This document shows positions 1 to 8,941 of a stretch of 32,000 nucleotides of DNA, piece by piece. The translations under genes were made by a program, and so were the position numbers. Source of the stretch: Cupriavidus necator (lineage in GTDB: Bacteria > Pseudomonadota > Gammaproteobacteria > Burkholderiales > Burkholderiaceae); NCBI RefSeq assembly GCF_016127575.1, contig NZ_CP066018.1, forward strand, positions 1,140,001 through 1,172,000, written 5' to 3'. The notes beneath the pieces were generated by a model. The model was given only the letters and a program-made list of their open reading frames with translations. It made no database searches and was not told the origin of the DNA. Each line of letters opens with the position of its first letter. Within the stretch, counting starts at the first letter, position 1.

Positions 1-752
1 CGGCGCCGCCTGACCGGCAGGTGGTGGTGATCCCCAGCTACAACGGTGCGCGCAAGCAACCCAACCTGGTGCCGCTGCTGGCGCTGCTGCTGGCGCGCGA
101 AGATGTCCCCGTGCTGGTGCACGGCACGCGCCTGTTCAATGGCCGCGTGACCAGCATGGCGCTGTTCGAGGCGCTGGGCGTGCCCTTGTGCGCGACTACC
201 GGCGACGCCTCGGCACGGCTGCGCGAGAGCAGCGACCTCGGGCCGCTGGCGGTGCTGCCGGTGGATGTGCTGTCGCCCGGGCTGTCGCAGCTGCTGGAGC
301 GGCGCACCGTGATCGGCCTGCGCAATTCGGCGCATACGGTGGCCAAGATGCTGCAGCCGGTGGGCGAGCATTCGCCCGCGGAAGGGTTGCGCCTGTACAG
401 CTACACCCACCCCGAATACCGCGAGACGCTGACCGACTACTTCTCGCATGAACCCGCCAACGTGCTGCTGGCACGCGGCACCGAGGGCGAAGTGGTGGCC
501 GATGCGCGCCGCACCAGCCGCATCGACTGGCTGCACGAGGGGCACCAGCAGACGCTGGTCGATCCGGCTGTTGGTTCGCTGGCCGAAGTGCCTGAACTGC
601 CGCCCGGCAGCGACGCCGGCCAGACCGTGGCCTGGATCCGGCGCGTGCTGGACGGCGCGGCGCCGGTGCCGGCACCGATCGCTATCCAGGTCGAGGCCAT
701 CCGCGAATGCCTGCGGCAAGGCACTCGCGTGACCTGGGCCAGCCCGGTCTGA
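1..752 (+). CDS. ybiB: YbiB-like glycosyl transferase family 3 (anthranilate phosphoribosyltransferase-like) DNA-binding protein; 5' end lies outside the window
   Basis: The reading frame is open from the window edge (codon phase starts at nt 3; the track's M at 21 is an internal GTG). VVIPSYNGARKQPNLVPLLALLL, GLRNSAHT and THPEY closely match the E. coli YbiB sequence as I remember it. Stop codon at 750-752. Confidence 0.8.
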   Translation, partial: APPDRQVVVIPSYNGARKQPNLVPLLALLLAREDVPVLVHGTRLFNGRVTSMALFEALGVPLCATTGDASARLRESSDLGPLAVLPVDVLSPGLSQLLERRTVIGLRNSAHTVAKMLQPVGEHSPAEGLRLYSYTHPEYRETLTDYFSHEPANVLLARGTEGEVVADARRTSRIDWLHEGHQQTLVDPAVGSLAEVPELPPGSDAGQTVAWIRRVLDGAAPVPAPIAIQVEAIRECLRQGTRVTWASPV

Positions 753-771
753 GCCAGCCCCGGGACCGCTG

Positions 772-1647
772 TCAGGGCTTGCGCGGGGGCAGCGGGATGC
801 GCTCGGTCTCGCCCGGCACGTGCGGGAACTGATCGTCCTCCCAGCGCTGGGCGGCGGCCTCGATCGCCACCTTGCTGCTGGCAACGAAATTCCAGTAGAT
901 GAAGCGGTGCCCGTCGGTCGGGTCGCCGCCCAGCAGCATTACGCGCGACGGCGTCGTGGCCGTCAGCGTTGCGGGCTGGCCCGGCGTGAGCACCACCATA
1001 TGCTCGGCCGGCAGCGGCTCGCCGTCGAGCGCCACCGCCCCGTCCACCGGATAGATGCCCCGCTCGGCATGATCGGCCGGGATCTCCACGCTCGCGCCCG
1101 CATCCAGCTCGATCGCCACGTACAGGGTGCGGCTGAAGACCTTGACCGGAGAGACCTGGCCAAAGGCATCGCCCGCAATCACCACCATGCGCACACCCGG
1201 CCGCTCGATCCGTGGCAGCGTGGCGGCGGGATGGTGGAAAAACGACGGCTCGGCACCCTCATGCTCCTGCGGCAGTGCCACCCAGGTCTGGATGCCGTGC
1301 AGGCGGGCCCCGGCGGGGCGCACATGCTCGGGCGAGCGCTCCGAGTGCACGATGCCGTGCCCGGCGGTCATCCAGTTGACATCGCCCGGGCGGATCGCCT
1401 GGTCGCTGCCCAGGCTGTCTCGGTGGATGATCTCGCCCTCGAACAGATAAGTGACCGTGGCCAGTCCGATATGTGGATGCGGGCGCACGTCGGCTCCGCC
1501 GCCCGGCGGCAGTTGCACCGGCCCCATATGGTCAAAGAAGATAAACGGACCAACGGTCTGGGTGGCGGCGGCGGGCAACAGCCGGCGCACGGTAAAATCG
1601 CCCAGGTCGCGCACATGCGGCTTGAGCAAGTGTTCGATAGCAGACAT
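772..1647 (-). CDS. Pirin family protein
   Basis: Cupin/pirin signature PHPHIGLATVTY...GHGIVHSE. The ATG at 1647 (MSAIEHLL) is preceded by GGAGGAG. The upstream part of the 318-aa track ORF has no such support. Confidence 0.85.
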   Translation of the reverse strand: MSAIEHLLKPHVRDLGDFTVRRLLPAAATQTVGPFIFFDHMGPVQLPPGGGADVRPHPHIGLATVTYLFEGEIIHRDSLGSDQAIRPGDVNWMTAGHGIVHSERSPEHVRPAGARLHGIQTWVALPQEHEGAEPSFFHHPAATLPRIERPGVRMVVIAGDAFGQVSPVKVFSRTLYVAIELDAGASVEIPADHAERGIYPVDGAVALDGEPLPAEHMVVLTPGQPATLTATTPSRVMLLGGDPTDGHRFIYWNFVASSKVAIEAAAQRWEDDQFPHVPGETERIPLPPRKP

Positions 1648-1713
1648 AACTCCTCCGGTGGAATGAGAGAGGCTTGCAAGGATGCCAGCGCGCCGCAGCT
1701 TGGTCGAGTGTAG

Positions 1714-1744
1714 CCGCTGCTGCAACAAATCATTGCAGCAGCGG
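1714..1744. promoter_or_regulatory. Perfect 12-bp inverted repeat (CCGCTGCTGCAA-N7-TTGCAGCAGCGG) in the pirin/rpoH divergent region; possible operator
   Basis: Arms at 1714-1725 and 1733-1744 are exact reverse complements. No T-tract on either side, so it is not a terminator. It lies 67 nt upstream of the pirin ATG. Confidence 0.35.
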
Positions 1745-1855
1745 GCAGAACCCCCGTGCCCGGCACCGCTCTAACATCCAGTGCGCCGAACCGTGGGTAT
1801 CGTTCCCGCCGCTCGAATTGATAGGTAGCTATGCCAGCAGCAAGAGCAATCGAGA

Positions 1856-1883
1856 GGAACTATCACGACCATCGGGGCTCCAA
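1856..1883 (+). promoter_or_regulatory. Candidate sigma-E (RpoE/AlgU-type) promoter for rpoH
   Basis: GGAACTA (1856-1862), 16-nt spacer, TCCAA (1879-1883). This fits the GGAACTT-N16-TCnAA consensus. rpoH is a classical sigma-E target in E. coli and Pseudomonas. Confidence 0.35.
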
Positions 1884-1913
1884 TTAGCACTCACCCGGCC
1901 TGAGTGCTAATAT
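1884..1913 (+). promoter_or_regulatory. 10-bp perfect inverted repeat (TTAGCACTCA-N7-TGAGTGCTAA) overlapping a possible extended -10 sigma-70 promoter of rpoH
   Basis: Arms at 1884-1893 and 1901-1910. TTAGCA (1884-1889), 18 nt, TGcTAATAT (1905-1913). It lies 75-100 nt upstream of the rpoH GTG. Confidence 0.3.
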
Positions 1914-1987
1914 GTGTTGCAGTGCCACCGCCCCAACAGGCGCGGCACCCCGGCAACCGAACCGCCGGATGCGAAAGGAGCCATTGA

Positions 1988-2914
1988 GTGAACGCAGTCT
2001 TGTCTGCCGACCAAACCCTGAATAACCGTCTGCCGACGGCACCCCGGAGCACGGGCAGCTTCGCGCTGACCTTCCCGGCCACCGTTGGCAACCTCGACAG
2101 CTATATCCAGGCTGTCCACCGGATTCCGCTGTTGACCGCGGAGGAAGAGCAGCGCCTGGCGCGCGAGCTCCGCGACCACGATTCCGTTGACGCTGCCCGC
2201 CAGATGGTGATGTCCCACCTGCGCCTGGTGGTGTCGATCGCCCGCCAGTACCTGGGCTACGGCCTGCCCCACGCCGACCTGATCCAGGAAGGCAATATCG
2301 GCCTGATGAAGGCGGTCAAGCGCTTCGACCCCGACCAGGGCGTGCGCCTGGTGTCGTACGCGATGCACTGGATCAAGGCCGAGATCCACGAATACGTGCT
2401 GAAGAACTGGCGCATGGTCAAGGTGGCCACCACCAAGGCCCAGCGCAAGCTGTTCTTCAACCTGCGCAGCCACAAGCAGGGCGCGCACACGTTCACGCCG
2501 GAGCAGGTCGAGGCCGTGGCGCGCGAGCTGAACGTCAAGCCCGAAGAAGTGATGGAGATGGAAACCCGCCTGTCGGGCGGCGACCTGGCGCTGGAAGGCC
2601 AGATCGACGACGGCGAAGAGGAATTCGCCCCCATCGCCTACCTGGCGGACAACCACAACGAGCCCACCCGCGTGCTGGAAGCCAAGCGCCACGACCGCAT
2701 GCAGGTCGAGGGCCTGGAAGAAGCGCTGGGCAAGCTGGACGAACGCAGCCGCCGCATCATCGAGGCGCGCTGGCTGCACGTCGAAGACGATGGCTCGGGC
2801 GGCTCCACGCTGCATGAGCTGGCTGACGAGTTCGGCGTCTCGGCCGAGCGCATCCGCCAGATCGAGGCCGCGGCCATGAAGAAGATGAAGGGGGCGCTGC
2901 AGGCGTTCGCCTGA
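1988..2914 (+). CDS. rpoH: RNA polymerase sigma-32 (heat-shock sigma factor RpoH)
   Basis: Sigma-70 family regions 2-4 are present. An RpoH-box-like segment is QRKLFFNLR. The GTG at 1988 lies 7 nt after AAAGGAG. Confidence 0.93.
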   Translation: MNAVLSADQTLNNRLPTAPRSTGSFALTFPATVGNLDSYIQAVHRIPLLTAEEEQRLARELRDHDSVDAARQMVMSHLRLVVSIARQYLGYGLPHADLIQEGNIGLMKAVKRFDPDQGVRLVSYAMHWIKAEIHEYVLKNWRMVKVATTKAQRKLFFNLRSHKQGAHTFTPEQVEAVARELNVKPEEVMEMETRLSGGDLALEGQIDDGEEEFAPIAYLADNHNEPTRVLEAKRHDRMQVEGLEEALGKLDERSRRIIEARWLHVEDDGSGGSTLHELADEFGVSAERIRQIEAAAMKKMKGALQAFA

Positions 2915-2932
2915 TCCGCACCCCCAGCCATG

Positions 2933-2963
2933 CAAAAGGCCGGTCCACTGGACCGGCCTTTTT
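2933..2963. terminator. Bidirectional rho-independent terminator between convergent rpoH and SCO1
   Basis: GGCCGGTCC (2938-2946) pairs with GGACCGGCC (2950-2958). It is flanked by CAAAA upstream and TTTTT downstream. Confidence 0.7.
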
Positions 2964-3020
2964 GTTGCCCGCGAGAGGGTGAGTGCGACCTTATGCCGCA
3001 CCCCTTCCCACCCTTTCACG

Positions 3021-3641
3021 TCACGACAGCAGCTGTTTCAGGTCGTGCGCGATCGGATCCGGACCCTGGCCGTGGCGGATGAACAGCCGCAGCTTGCCGT
3101 CCGGGTCGAACACATAGCTGCCCGCGGAGTGGTCCACCGTGTAGTTGTTCGGGGAGCTGCCCGGCACCTTGGCGTAGAACACCTTGAAGTCCTTGGTCAA
3201 CTTCTGCAGTGCGGCTTCGTCGGCCGGGCGCAGCCCCAGGAAGCGCGCATCGAAGGCCGGCACGTACTGCGCCAGCAGCGCCTGCGTGTCGCGTTCCGGG
3301 TCGACCGTGACGAACAGCACCTGCACGCGGTCGGCATCCGGGCCCAGTTTCTCCATCACCGCCTTCAGTTCGGCCATCGTCGTCGGGCACACGTCCGGGC
3401 AGTGGGTGTAGCCGAAGAACATCACCACCGCCTTGCCCTTGAAGTCGGCGATGGTGCGCACCTTGCCGTGATGGTCGGTCAGCGAGAAGTCCTTGCCGAA
3501 GTCCGCCGCGCCGGTGATGTCGACATTGCGGAACGAGGCCTTCTGCTGCCCGCAGGCAGCCACGGCCAGCGCAAGCGCGGCCAGCAGGGAAAAGCGGCGG
3601 AAGGCGGCGAACAGGCCGGAGGCGGGGCTTAGGCGGGGCAT
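3021..3641 (-). CDS. SCO1/SenC family copper chaperone (lipoprotein)
   Basis: HCPDVCP CxxxC motif plus a downstream DHS histidine. Lipobox-like LALAVAAC. Start taken at ATG 3641 (MPRLSPASG). Confidence 0.88.
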   Translation of the reverse strand: MPRLSPASGLFAAFRRFSLLAALALAVAACGQQKASFRNVDITGAADFGKDFSLTDHHGKVRTIADFKGKAVVMFFGYTHCPDVCPTTMAELKAVMEKLGPDADRVQVLFVTVDPERDTQALLAQYVPAFDARFLGLRPADEAALQKLTKDFKVFYAKVPGSSPNNYTVDHSAGSYVFDPDGKLRLFIRHGQGPDPIAHDLKQLLS

Positions 3642-3769
3642 GCGGCGGAAACCGGTCAGGGGTGGGAGGAAACAGCGGCACCGGAGGGCGGCGACATCAC
3701 GCAGTATCGCCGATCGTGCCGCCACGCTGCACCGGCCGCGACAAGATGCCGCAGCCGGTCGGCCACAGG

Positions 3770-4714
3770 TCAGACCTGCGGCACGAACTTGAAGTAGTGG
3801 TCGACCAGCAGCGCGGCGAACAGCAGCGACAGGTACAGGATCGAGAAGCGGAAGGCGCGCTGCGCCAGCTCGTCCGAATAGTTACGGTACATCTTCCAGG
3901 CGTAGGCCAGGAAACCCGCGCCCAGCGCCAGCGCGGCCGCCAGGTAGATATAGCCGCTCATGCCGTAGACAAAGGGCAGCAGCGTCGCGGCGATCATGAT
4001 CAGCGTGTACAGCAGGATATGCAGCAGCGTGTAGCGCTCGCCGTGCGTGACCGGCAGCATCGGCAGGCCGGACTTGGCGTAGTCGGCGCGGCGGTACAGC
4101 GCCAGGGCCCAGAAGTGCGGCGGGGTCCAGGTGAAGATGATCAGCACCAGGAACCAGGCCTCGGCAGGTACCTCGCCCGCCACCGCGGCCCAGCCCAGCG
4201 CCGGCGGCATCGCCCCCGAGAGCCCGCCGATCACTATGTTCTGCGGCGTGGCCGGCTTGAGCAGGATGGTGTAGACCACCGCGTAGCCGAGGAAGGTGGC
4301 AAAGGTCAGCCACATCGTCAGGTCGTTGGCGTAGACGTGCAGCAGCCACATGCCGGCGCCGCCCAGGATGGCGGAGAACACCAGGGTCTGCGGCGTGGTG
4401 ATCTCGCCGGTGGCCGACGGGCGCCACGCGGTGCGGCGCATCAGCGCATCGATCTTCTGCTCGACCAGGCAATTGATGGCAAAGGCCGCACCGGCCAGCA
4501 GCCAGATGCCGGCGGCGCCGCCGATCAGCACGCGCCACGGCACCATGCCGGGCGTGGCGAGGAACATGCCGATGATGGCGCAGAACACGGCCAGCTGCGT
4601 CACGCGCGGCTTGGTCAGGGCGGCATATTGTCGGGCAAGGTGCCGTATCCGGCTCAACTTGCCCAGCGAATGGGGGTGGGTAGCGGTAACCACGGAAGGG
4701 GTCTTGTCTTTCAT
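3770..4714 (-). CDS. ctaB: Protoheme IX farnesyltransferase (heme O synthase)
   Basis: UbiA-family polytopic membrane protein with NCLVEQKID and [17 protein letters not shown] motifs. Its ATG overlaps the ctaA stop as ATGA at 4711-4714. Confidence 0.92.
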   Translation of the reverse strand: MKDKTPSVVTATHPHSLGKLSRIRHLARQYAALTKPRVTQLAVFCAIIGMFLATPGMVPWRVLIGGAAGIWLLAGAAFAINCLVEQKIDALMRRTAWRPSATGEITTPQTLVFSAILGGAGMWLLHVYANDLTMWLTFATFLGYAVVYTILLKPATPQNIVIGGLSGAMPPALGWAAVAGEVPAEAWFLVLIIFTWTPPHFWALALYRRADYAKSGLPMLPVTHGERYTLLHILLYTLIMIAATLLPFVYGMSGYIYLAAALALGAGFLAYAWKMYRNYSDELAQRAFRFSILYLSLLFAALLVDHYFKFVPQV

Positions 4715-5823
4715 GTGGCGCGGGCGGCGTTCGGCACGGCAGCGGGGGCGCCGGCGGCCCGCATGGTGAGCCCTGCGAGCCCTGTATTGTAGTGGAGGCG
4801 GACCAGCAGCAGCAGGAGCAGCGCCGCGCCGCCGTTGTGCGCAACCGCGGCCACCAGCGGCCAGTCGAACACGATATTGGACATCCCGGTGGCCAGTTGC
4901 AGCACCAGCGTGGCCAGCAGCCAGCCGGCCGCGCGCGCGAGCCCTTCAAGCCTGCGCGCGCGCAGGCCAAGCCACGCCAGGTAGCCCAGCACGACAAAGG
5001 CAAAGCCGCGGTGCACCCAGTGGATCGCCACCAGCGCCGCGTGCGGGATGTAGTCGCCATCGGCGGTCATGCCCAGCTGGCGCCACAGGGTGAAGCCGTG
5101 GCGGAAATCCATCTCGGGCACCAGCTGGCCATTGCACAGCGGGAAGTCGGTGCAGGCCAGCACCGCGTAGTTGGTGCTGACCCAGCCCCCCAGGAAGATC
5201 TGGATCACCAGCAGCAGCAGGCCGATGCGCACCGGCCAGCGCAGCCGCGCGGCCCGCGCCGCGACCGGGTGCGGCGGATCGTTGCGCGAGCCCAGCTGGA
5301 TCAGCACGGCCAGCAAAACCATGCCCAGCATCAGGTGCGTGACCACAATGATCGGCTGCAGCTTCAGGGTCACGGTGAAAGCGCCGAACGCACCCTGCAC
5401 GCACACCAGCAGCAGCACCCCGGTGGCGAACCACGGCGACTGCTTCAGCTCGCGCCGCTTGACCCACGCCAGCACCATCAGCGTGATGATCAGCACCCCG
5501 ACCGCCATGGCGAAGTAGCGGTGGATCATCTCGATCCACGCCTTGGCCAGCGTCACCGGGCCGCTGGGCAGCGCGGTCTCGGCCGCGCGGATCGGCTCCA
5601 TCGCGGCGTGCGGGTTGGAGTGCCCGTAGCAGCCGGGCCAGTCGGGGCAGCCCAGGCCGGAGTCGGTCAGGCGCGTGAAGCTGCCGAACATGATCAGGTC
5701 CAGCGTCAGGAACGCCGTGATCCAGGCGAGCTTGCGGTATTTGTTGCGGTCCCCCTTCACCAGCACGTAGGACAGCGGGAACAGCGCGATCAGGATGCCG
5801 ATGATGGCCAGTTGCAGCAGCAT
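4711..5823 (-). CDS. ctaA: COX15/CtaA family heme A synthase
   Basis: Multi-TM protein with [12 protein letters not shown] and a second Cys pair (ACTDFPLC). Conserved His residues in the TM helices. RBS AAGGGGA precedes the ATG at 5823. Confidence 0.9.
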   Translation of the reverse strand: MLLQLAIIGILIALFPLSYVLVKGDRNKYRKLAWITAFLTLDLIMFGSFTRLTDSGLGCPDWPGCYGHSNPHAAMEPIRAAETALPSGPVTLAKAWIEMIHRYFAMAVGVLIITLMVLAWVKRRELKQSPWFATGVLLLVCVQGAFGAFTVTLKLQPIIVVTHLMLGMVLLAVLIQLGSRNDPPHPVAARAARLRWPVRIGLLLLVIQIFLGGWVSTNYAVLACTDFPLCNGQLVPEMDFRHGFTLWRQLGMTADGDYIPHAALVAIHWVHRGFAFVVLGYLAWLGLRARRLEGLARAAGWLLATLVLQLATGMSNIVFDWPLVAAVAHNGGAALLLLLLVRLHYNTGLAGLTMRAAGAPAAVPNAARAT

Positions 5824-5833
5824 GCCGTCCCCT

Positions 5834-6532
5834 TTAGCCGATGCGCGAGACCTTGAGCAGCTTCTTCAGGTCGCCGCTCATCTTCTTGGGGTCCGGATCC
5901 TGCGGGAAACGCATCATCAGGTTGCCCAGCGGGTCGACCAGGAACAGGGTGTCCTCGGCGCGCTTGCCGGGTTCGGCCGGCAGCCACTGCTGCGCGGCCT
6001 GGCGGTCGATGCGCAGGAAGCGCACACCCGCGTAGGGCTCGTTGTAGGCGGCGTTCAGGCGCTCGTCGATCTTGCCGTCGTCGGTCACCAGCCACACCGG
6101 CACGATGCGTTCGCGGTCCTGGCCCTGCCCGGCGCGGATCTGGCGGATGGTGAAGAGCTTCTTCGCGCAGGCCTCGTCGCAGGCGGACGGGTCGGTGGTC
6201 ACCAGCAGCCACTTGCCGCGGAACTGCTCCAGCGGCACGGCCCGGCCCTGCTCATCGGTGACGCGCACCGGCGGCATCGGCCGCTGCGGGTCGACCAGCG
6301 CGCCGTAGTTGGTGGCGCCGCCACGCGGCTTGATGACGTAATAGGTGAAGTAAGAGGCGATCACCGGCGACGCGCACACCAGCAACAGCATCAGCATCTG
6401 CAGGCGGCCACGGCGCGTGCGCGCATCGATGCGGGTATCCGGCGGCGAGGCCGCGGCGGCCGGGGCGGAGTCTTGCTGTGCCATGGAGTACGTCTGTCCT
6501 TTGTCTTCGGCGAGCGCATGCGCCTGGTTCAT
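5834..6532 (-). CDS. Membrane-anchored SCO-like / thioredoxin-fold protein of the oxidase cluster (CDEAC motif, no His ligand)
   Basis: One N-terminal TM segment (LQMLMLLLVCASPVIASYF). A thioredoxin-like region with WLLVTTDPSACDEACAKK aligns with the FFGYTHCPDVCP region of SCO1. Start is uncertain: ATG 6532, or ATG 6484 which has an AGGACAG upstream. Confidence 0.7.
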   Translation of the reverse strand: MNQAHALAEDKGQTYSMAQQDSAPAAAASPPDTRIDARTRRGRLQMLMLLLVCASPVIASYFTYYVIKPRGGATNYGALVDPQRPMPPVRVTDEQGRAVPLEQFRGKWLLVTTDPSACDEACAKKLFTIRQIRAGQGQDRERIVPVWLVTDDGKIDERLNAAYNEPYAGVRFLRIDRQAAQQWLPAEPGKRAEDTLFLVDPLGNLMMRFPQDPDPKKMSGDLKKLLKVSRIG

Positions 6533-6537
6533 TCGAG

Positions 6538-7335
6538 TTACGGTGCTGCCACCCGGCGCGCGCGGCGCCAGCCCAGCACGACCACCAGCACCACCGTCAG
6601 CGCGGCCAGCCCGAACCACTGGAAGGCATAGCCGTAGTGCCGGTCCGCGCCCAGGTCGGCCGGGGCCCAGTCGCGCGCCAGGCCATCGCCGCTGTCGCTG
6701 CGCTGCTCCAGCACCAGCGGGTGCAGCGCCAGGCCGGTTTCAGCCGCATAGGCAGCGAGGTCCAGGTTCTGGCGGATCTTGCTGCCGGCGGCGTCCTGGC
6801 CCAGGCTATAGACCCGCGGCACGGCCGCCAGTGCCGTGCCTTCGATCGTTACCTCGCCCTCGGGCGTGGGGAACGGCGCAATCCGGGTGCGGTCCTGGGC
6901 ATCGCGCGGCAGCCAGCCGCGCAGCACCAGCACCGCCTGCATGGCGCCGGCGGCACCTGCGGGCGCCGGCGAGGCGGCTGAAATCCGCAGCGGCGTCAGC
7001 ACCAGGAAGCCGGCGCGGCTATCCCCGGGGCTGCTGCCATTGCCGTGGGGGCGATTATCCAGCAAGACGGTGCGGGCCGTGTCAAAGCGCCCGGTCACGC
7101 GGACCGTGCGGTCGGTCACAACTTGCGGCAGCGGGGCCGTGCCCAGCACCACCGGCGGCTGCGCCGACAGCGCCTGCAGCCGCGCCGCGCGCGCCTCCTT
7201 GTCGTGCGCGCGGTTGAGCTGCCAGTTGCCCAGCGCGCAGGTCACGGCGATCATCACCAGTGCAGCGGCCAGCGGCAACGGGCTGGTGCGATAATGGGTC
7301 TTTCCGTCGCTCCTGGCCCCGACCTGCCCCGCCAT
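6538..7335 (-). CDS. SURF1 family cytochrome oxidase assembly protein
   Basis: N-terminal TM followed by LGNWQLNRAHDKE, and a C-terminal HYGYAFQWFGLA motif. ATG 7335 is the only canonical start near the conserved N-terminus. The rest of the 405-aa track ORF is antisense read-through. Confidence 0.85.
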   Translation of the reverse strand: MAGQVGARSDGKTHYRTSPLPLAAALVMIAVTCALGNWQLNRAHDKEARAARLQALSAQPPVVLGTAPLPQVVTDRTVRVTGRFDTARTVLLDNRPHGNGSSPGDSRAGFLVLTPLRISAASPAPAGAAGAMQAVLVLRGWLPRDAQDRTRIAPFPTPEGEVTIEGTALAAVPRVYSLGQDAAGSKIRQNLDLAAYAAETGLALHPLVLEQRSDSGDGLARDWAPADLGADRHYGYAFQWFGLAALTVVLVVVLGWRRARRVAAP

Positions 7336-7543
7336 GCGCTTTGTCATCATCGTTGCCTTCATCCTGATCATCGCCAGCCTGGCCTCCGCCCTGTTCTTCA
7401 TGATGCGCGACCGCGGCACGACGCCCAACATGATGCGCTCGCTGATGCTGCGCGTCGGGTTCTCGATGGCGCTGTTCCTGTTCATCCTGTTCTCGAACTG
7501 GATGGGCTGGATCCACAGCACGGGCATCCGCATGGCACCCTGA
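7334..7543 (+). CDS. Twin transmembrane helix small protein (DUF2909-like), opposite strand to the rest of the cluster
   Basis: A 69-aa protein with two hydrophobic helices separated by RDRGTTPNMMR. Third codon positions are almost all G/C, like real genes here. A family of this type is known to sit between coxC and SURF1 in Burkholderiales. Confidence 0.75.
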   Translation: MRFVIIVAFILIIASLASALFFMMRDRGTTPNMMRSLMLRVGFSMALFLFILFSNWMGWIHSTGIRMAP

Positions 7544-7570
7544 ACGCCAGGACGCGGGCACCAGGCCCGC

Positions 7571-7619
7571 AAAAGACAAACGCCGCAGGCTGGACAACCT
7601 CCTGCGGCGTTTCTCTTTT
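7571..7619. terminator. Bidirectional terminator between convergent DUF2909 and coxC
   Basis: AACGCCGCAGG (7579-7589) pairs with CCTGCGGCGTT (7601-7611). It is flanked by AAAAGACAAA and TCTCTTTTG. Confidence 0.6.
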
Positions 7620-7672
7620 GCGTTGGCGCCGGCGGCCCCCGGGGGGCGCGCCGGCGGGTACGGCAGCCGGAT

Positions 7673-8533
7673 TTACAGCCAGTACACCACGACGTAGAGG
7701 AACAGCCACACCACGTCAACGAAGTGCCAGTACCAGGCGGCGCCTTCGAATGCAAAGTGGTGGTCAGGCGTGAAGTGGCCCTTCAGCACGCGGACCAGCA
7801 CCACGGCCAGCATGATCGCGCCCATGGTCACGTGGAAGCCGTGGAAGCCGGTCAGCAGGAAGAAGGTCGAGCCGTAGATGCCCGAGGTCAGCTTCAGGTT
7901 CAGTTCCGAGTAGGCGTGCATGTACTCGTACACCTGGAAGCACATGAAGACCGCGCCCAGCAGGATGGTCAGCGACAGGCCCTGAATCAGCTGGCTGCGC
8001 TTGCCGGCCAGCAGCGCGTGGTGCGCCCAGGTCAGCGTCAGGCCGGACATCAGCAGCAGCGCGGTGTTGATGGTCGGGATTGGCCACGGACCCATGGTCT
8101 GGAAGCTTTCCACCACGCCGGCCGGGCCGGTGTTGGGCCATACCGCGGCAAAGTCGGGCCACAGGATCTTGTTGTTCAGGTCGCCCAGCCACGGCATGGC
8201 GATGGTGCGGGCATAGAACAGCGCGCCGAAGAAGGCCGCGAAGAACATCACCTCCGAGAAGATGAACCAGCCCATCGACCAGCGGAACGACAGGTCGATG
8301 TTCTTGCCGTACATGCCGCCTTCGGACTCGCTGATGGCGTCGCCAAACCAGCTCTTGAGCACGAACAGGAACCACAGCAGGCCGAGGCCGCACAGGTACG
8401 GCGCCCAGGGCTGCCCGTTTACCCAACCGGCGGCACCCGCGCCCGTCATCAGCAGGCCGAAGCTTGCCGTGATCGGGTGGCGCGACGGGCCCGGTACGAA
8501 GTAGTACGGAGCGTTTGCGCGATTCGCACTCAT
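7673..8533 (-). CDS. ctaE: Cytochrome c oxidase subunit III
   Basis: Seven-TM subunit III with YWHFVDVVWLFLY at the C-terminus and GFHGFHV. Confidence 0.95.
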   Translation of the reverse strand: MSANRANAPYYFVPGPSRHPITASFGLLMTGAGAAGWVNGQPWAPYLCGLGLLWFLFVLKSWFGDAISESEGGMYGKNIDLSFRWSMGWFIFSEVMFFAAFFGALFYARTIAMPWLGDLNNKILWPDFAAVWPNTGPAGVVESFQTMGPWPIPTINTALLLMSGLTLTWAHHALLAGKRSQLIQGLSLTILLGAVFMCFQVYEYMHAYSELNLKLTSGIYGSTFFLLTGFHGFHVTMGAIMLAVVLVRVLKGHFTPDHHFAFEGAAWYWHFVDVVWLFLYVVVYWL

Positions 8534-8677
8534 TCTTTTATCTCCAGCTCAGAGTCTTTGATTCAGTATTCGTGATCCGCGCTTTGGCACTGCGGGCCGT
8601 CCCCTCCTCCGGGCCAGCCCCGCCGCCGCGGTTGCTTTGTTCTGCGACTGCTTTTGTTGTCTACCCTTCCTGCCCTG

Positions 8678-8902
8678 CTATCCCGCTGCCTGCCCCACCA
8701 CGGTGCGCACGATGAGCACCAGCACCGCGATGAAGATGGCCGCCGCGATCACTCCGGCGATCACCACATGCACCGGGTTCAGCCGGGCCATGTCGCGCTC
8801 GTGCTCGGCGCCTTTGCGCAGGCCGATGAACGACCACAGCACCGCGCGCATGGTCTGCCCGAACGACATCTTGCGCTTGACCGCGTCCTTCATCTCATCC
8901 AT
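8678..8902 (-). CDS. DUF2970-like small membrane protein
   Basis: A 74-aa protein. The AVLWSFIGLRK motif plus one C-terminal TM helix is typical of the DUF2970 family found inside cox clusters. Confidence 0.8.
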   Translation of the reverse strand: MDEMKDAVKRKMSFGQTMRAVLWSFIGLRKGAEHERDMARLNPVHVVIAGVIAAAIFIAVLVLIVRTVVGQAAG

Positions 8903-8941
8903 TGCCCGTCCTCCTCCGCCCCGGCATGCACCGCGGCCGCC

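Noticed and set aside
3662-5856. Several 350-390-aa ORFs on both strands overlapping ctaB and ctaA (3662-4792 plus, 3882-5060 minus, 4792-5856 plus)
   Set aside because: These are alternative frames of real membrane-protein genes. Their Arg/Pro/Gly-rich translations have no motifs.
6417-7217. 266-aa Arg/Pro/Ala-rich plus-strand ORF, and other overlapping ORFs across the SURF1 region
   Set aside because: It is antisense to or out of frame with SURF1. Its composition is an artefact.
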